A stretch of 64,000 bases of DNA, from contig CBDCXV010000005.1 of NCBI GenBank assembly GCA_965223905.1, positions 1-64,000 of the forward strand, read 5' to 3'. Positions 61,053-64,000 of this stretch are shown here, in pieces. The stretch is from Candidatus Latescibacterota bacterium. Its GTDB lineage: Bacteria; Latescibacterota; UBA2968; UBA8231. The position numbers and the translations under genes were made by a program. The notes beneath the pieces are model-generated. The model was not told the DNA's origin, did not search any database, and worked only from the letters and a program-made list of their open reading frames with translations. How positions within the stretch are numbered: position 1 is the stretch's first letter; every line of letters begins with the position of its first letter.

Positions 61053-62423
61053 ATGATCCTGGTGGTGGACGACGACAGCTCGGTGACCGCTTCCCTGTCC
61101 CTGCTGCTGAAGCAGGCGGGATACCAAACAGCGACCGCGGCCTCTCCGCAGGAAGCCCTCGAATCGCTGGCTCGCGGTCCGTGCGAGCTGGTCCTGCAGG
61201 ACATGAACTTCTCGCGGCGGACCAGCGGCGAGGAGGGGATGGAGCTGCTGCGGGAGATCAAGCGCCGGCAAGCCGACCTTCCGGTAATCCTGATTACCGC
61301 ATGGGGCTCTATCGAGCTGGCGGTGCAGGGGATCAAGGCCGGGGCCGCGGATTTCGTCACCAAGCCCTGGACCAACAGCCAGATCCTGCAGGCGGTGAAG
61401 ACCGCCCTCGGACTGGCCGCGGCAACACCTGCGGCCAGAGCCGCGGTGACGCGCGAGGAGCTGGACCGCCAGGGGGATTTCACCAACATCATCGGCTCCG
61501 ACCCCGAGCTCCTCAAGCTGCTCGAGGCCGTCCGCCGCGTCGCCCCCACTGAGGCATCGGTGCTGATCACTGGCGAGAGCGGCACCGGCAAGGACGAGAT
61601 CGCCCAGGCCCTCTACCGCAACAGCAGCCGCGGCGAGCAGCCGTTCATCAAGGTCAACCTCGGCGGCATCTCCTCGACCCTGTTCGAAAGCGAGATGTTC
61701 GGGCACGTCAGGGGGGCCTTCACCGACGCCCGGCAGGACCGCGCCGGCCGCTTCGTCATGGCCGACGGGGGGACCATCTTCCTCGACGAGATCGGCGACC
61801 TCGCCCCGGGCTGTCAGGTGAAGCTCCTGCGCGTGCTGCAGGACCGGACCTATGAAGTGCTGGGGTCGAGCAGGACCCGTTCCGTCGACGTGCGTGTGAT
61901 CTCGGCGACCAACCGCAACCTGCTGGAGCTGGTCGAGTCGGGGTCCTTCCGCGAGGACCTGCTGTACCGCCTCAACCTCATCGTCCTGCACCTGCCGCCC
62001 CTGCGCCAGAGGCCGGGGGACATACCGCAGCTGGCGCGCCACTTCGCTCTGGGAGCCGCCCATGTATACCGCCGCGACCTGGAGATCGAGGCCGCGGCCC
62101 TCGGCTGGCTGCAGGCCCTGCCGTGGCCGGGCAACATCCGCCAGCTCAAGCAGCTGGTGGAGCGGACCGCCCTGATGAGCTCCGGCCAGGTCCTCGGGAC
62201 CGGCGATTTCGAAGCCGCCCTGGCGATGCAGCCCGTGGAAGGGCAGGGTGGGCAGGGCGGCCTGCCGGCCCCGGGAACCATGACCCTCGACGAGCTGGAG
62301 CGCTCGATGATCGTCCGCTGCATGGAGCACTACAAGGGGAACATCAGCCGGGTTGCCCAGGCCCTGGGCCTGAGCCGGGCGGCGCTCTACCGCCGCTTCG
62401 AGAAGCACGGGCTCACCCCTTGA
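61053..62423 (+). CDS. Sigma54-dependent NtrC-family response regulator
   Basis: ILVVDDD receiver; GESGTGKD, ESEMFGHVRGAFTDA, FLDEIGD, WPGNIRQL; Fis HTH. Confidence 0.95.
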   Translation: MILVVDDDSSVTASLSLLLKQAGYQTATAASPQEALESLARGPCELVLQDMNFSRRTSGEEGMELLREIKRRQADLPVILITAWGSIELAVQGIKAGAADFVTKPWTNSQILQAVKTALGLAAATPAARAAVTREELDRQGDFTNIIGSDPELLKLLEAVRRVAPTEASVLITGESGTGKDEIAQALYRNSSRGEQPFIKVNLGGISSTLFESEMFGHVRGAFTDARQDRAGRFVMADGGTIFLDEIGDLAPGCQVKLLRVLQDRTYEVLGSSRTRSVDVRVISATNRNLLELVESGSFREDLLYRLNLIVLHLPPLRQRPGDIPQLARHFALGAAHVYRRDLEIEAAALGWLQALPWPGNIRQLKQLVERTALMSSGQVLGTGDFEAALAMQPVEGQGGQGGLPAPGTMTLDELERSMIVRCMEHYKGNISRVAQALGLSRAALYRRFEKHGLTP

Positions 62424-63718
62424 GTCTGCGCACCAAACTCGCCGGCTACCTCGTCTGCATTCACCTCGCCTGCGCGGCGGCCGGACACCTGCTGATAGAA
62501 GGTTGGCAGTACCTGCTGGGGTTCGACCTGCTCCTCCTGCTGTCGCTGTGGGCAGGCCTGCGCCTGATCCAGCGCTTCCGGGTGCCGTTCGACCTGATCC
62601 ACACCGGCGCCGAGCTCATCGGCGAGCGCGACTTCACCAGCAAGTTCACGGAGGTGGGCCAGCCGGAGATGGACGGGCTGGTGCGCGTGTACAACCGCAT
62701 GATCGACCACCTGCGCGAGGAGCGCACGCGGCTGCAGGAGCAGCATTTCTTCATGGAGAAGATCCTGGAGGCCTCGCCGTCGGGGATCGTCACCCTCGAC
62801 TTCGACGGCAAGGTCGCCATGGCCAATCCCAGCGCCGCCCGCCTGCTGGGGGTGGCCGAAGGCGAGGCGCGCGGCCGGCCCCTGGAAGAGCTGGGAACGG
62901 CGTTCGCCCGCTCCCTGCAGGAGCTGCGGGTTGGCGAGTCGCGGGTGCTGTCCCTGACAGGGCAGCGGGTGCGCTGCCGCAAGTCCCAGTTCCTCGACAA
63001 GGGGTTCCCGCGCGCCTTCATCCTGATGGAGGAGCTGACCGAGGAACTGCGCCTATCGGAGAAGGCGGCCTACGAGAAGGTCATCCGCCTGCTCGCCCAC
63101 GAGGTCAACAACTCGACGGGGGCGGTCAACTCCCTCCTGAACTCCTGCCGCCACTACGGGGAGCAGCTGCGGGAAGCCGACCGCGGCGATTTCGAGAACG
63201 CCCTGCAGGTGGCCAGCGGCCGCATCGACCGTCTCAGCGCCTTCATGCGCAGCTACGCCGAGGTGGTGCAGCTGCCGTCGCCGCGCCCGCAGCCGGTCGA
63301 CCTGGAGGCCCTTGTTCGCGGCATCGCCCTGCTGATGCGGGCCGAGTGCGAGCGACGGGGAATCGAGTGGGAGTGGGATGTTCAGCCTGACCTCGACCCG
63401 GTGCCGATGGACGAGAGCCAGATGGAGCAGGTGTTCGTCAATATCCTGAAGAACGCCGTGGAGGCGATCGGCGAGAAGGGCAGGATAACGGCCCGCCTAG
63501 GGCAGACCGGGGGCCGGCCTTTCGCCGTGGTCGAGGATACCGGGCCGGGAATCGACCCGGAAGCGGCGGGCAATCTGTTCACCCCGTTCTTCAGCACAAA
63601 GGAGAACCGGCAGGGCCTCGGCCTGACCCTGGTCCAGGAGATCCTGACCCGGCACGGTTTCGCCTTTTCCCTCGAAAGCCCGCCGTCCGAACCGACCCGG
63701 TTCACCATCCGCTTCTGA
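62420..63718 (+). CDS. PAS/HAMP sensor histidine kinase
   Basis: TTGA overlap; 2 TM; LAHEVNNS, NILKNAVEA, DTGPGI, PFFSTK, GLGL. Confidence 0.92.
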   Translation: MSLRTKLAGYLVCIHLACAAAGHLLIEGWQYLLGFDLLLLLSLWAGLRLIQRFRVPFDLIHTGAELIGERDFTSKFTEVGQPEMDGLVRVYNRMIDHLREERTRLQEQHFFMEKILEASPSGIVTLDFDGKVAMANPSAARLLGVAEGEARGRPLEELGTAFARSLQELRVGESRVLSLTGQRVRCRKSQFLDKGFPRAFILMEELTEELRLSEKAAYEKVIRLLAHEVNNSTGAVNSLLNSCRHYGEQLREADRGDFENALQVASGRIDRLSAFMRSYAEVVQLPSPRPQPVDLEALVRGIALLMRAECERRGIEWEWDVQPDLDPVPMDESQMEQVFVNILKNAVEAIGEKGRITARLGQTGGRPFAVVEDTGPGIDPEAAGNLFTPFFSTKENRQGLGLTLVQEILTRHGFAFSLESPPSEPTRFTIRF

Positions 63719-63905
63719 AGCCCGCCTGGATCCTCTCCTGACCCAGAAGGCCGCCGCGGGGGTCCGCTCCGTCAGAGGGCGCCGGATGGCGACTCGCGGA
63801 CCTTGCTCGGCGGGTTGTCCTTCACGAGCACCCGTCTTGCCGCGGTGAGCTCCTCGATGCGGTAATCGTCGAGGAACCGGTGCTCGCCGGAGAACAGCGC
63901 GAGGT

Positions 63906-64000
63906 TCACCGCGGTCTCGGCTCCATCTCCCAGCGCGGCTCGACCCCGGGGTTGACGTACGAGACCGGCCACCGCTTCTGCGATATGTCGATGATGGAAG
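63906..64000 (-). CDS. C-terminal end of a gene entering from the right (2-hydroxyacid dehydrogenase-like tail)
   Basis: SIIDISQKRWPVSYVNPGVEPRWEMEPRPR-TGA with native codon bias. Confidence 0.45.
   Translation of the reverse strand, partial: SIIDISQKRWPVSYVNPGVEPRWEMEPRPR

Overview
GC-rich bacterial chromosomal window with no rRNA, tRNA or CRISPR array seen. Gene content (FlgD-tailed CotH protein, several PhyH and enolase-family paralogues, GHL10-like barrels) suggests an FCB/Latescibacterota-like organism; this is inference only. From left to right: (1) a selenocysteine formate dehydrogenase alpha subunit with a clear fdhF-type SECIS and two apparent +1 frameshifts, fed by a fused NuoE-NuoF subunit, plus ctaA; (2) two Phd/PIN toxin-antitoxin pairs with palindromic operators, followed by an OLD-like ATPase-TOPRIM gene; (3) hom-apgM-asd; (4) a long run of orphan catabolic enzymes (3 enolase-family, 3 PhyH, HpcH, RraA, Ldh_2, Gfo/Idh, 2 GHL10-like, GH42-like, amidohydrolase), interrupted by a Fic gene that lacks its catalytic core and a NucS-like nuclease; (5) cupin-HupE-CotH and an AAA/DUF4143 gene; (6) a sigma54-controlled MacAB-type locus in which one adaptor and one ATPase serve three tandem permease pairs with near-identical ends and hypervariable periplasmic segments, with two AT-rich orphan genes, an intact IS1380 (13-bp TIR, 5-bp TSD) and the NtrC/histidine kinase pair. 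The best novelty candidates are the diversified permease array and the PhyH enzymes lacking the Fe-binding Asp (halogenase-like motif).
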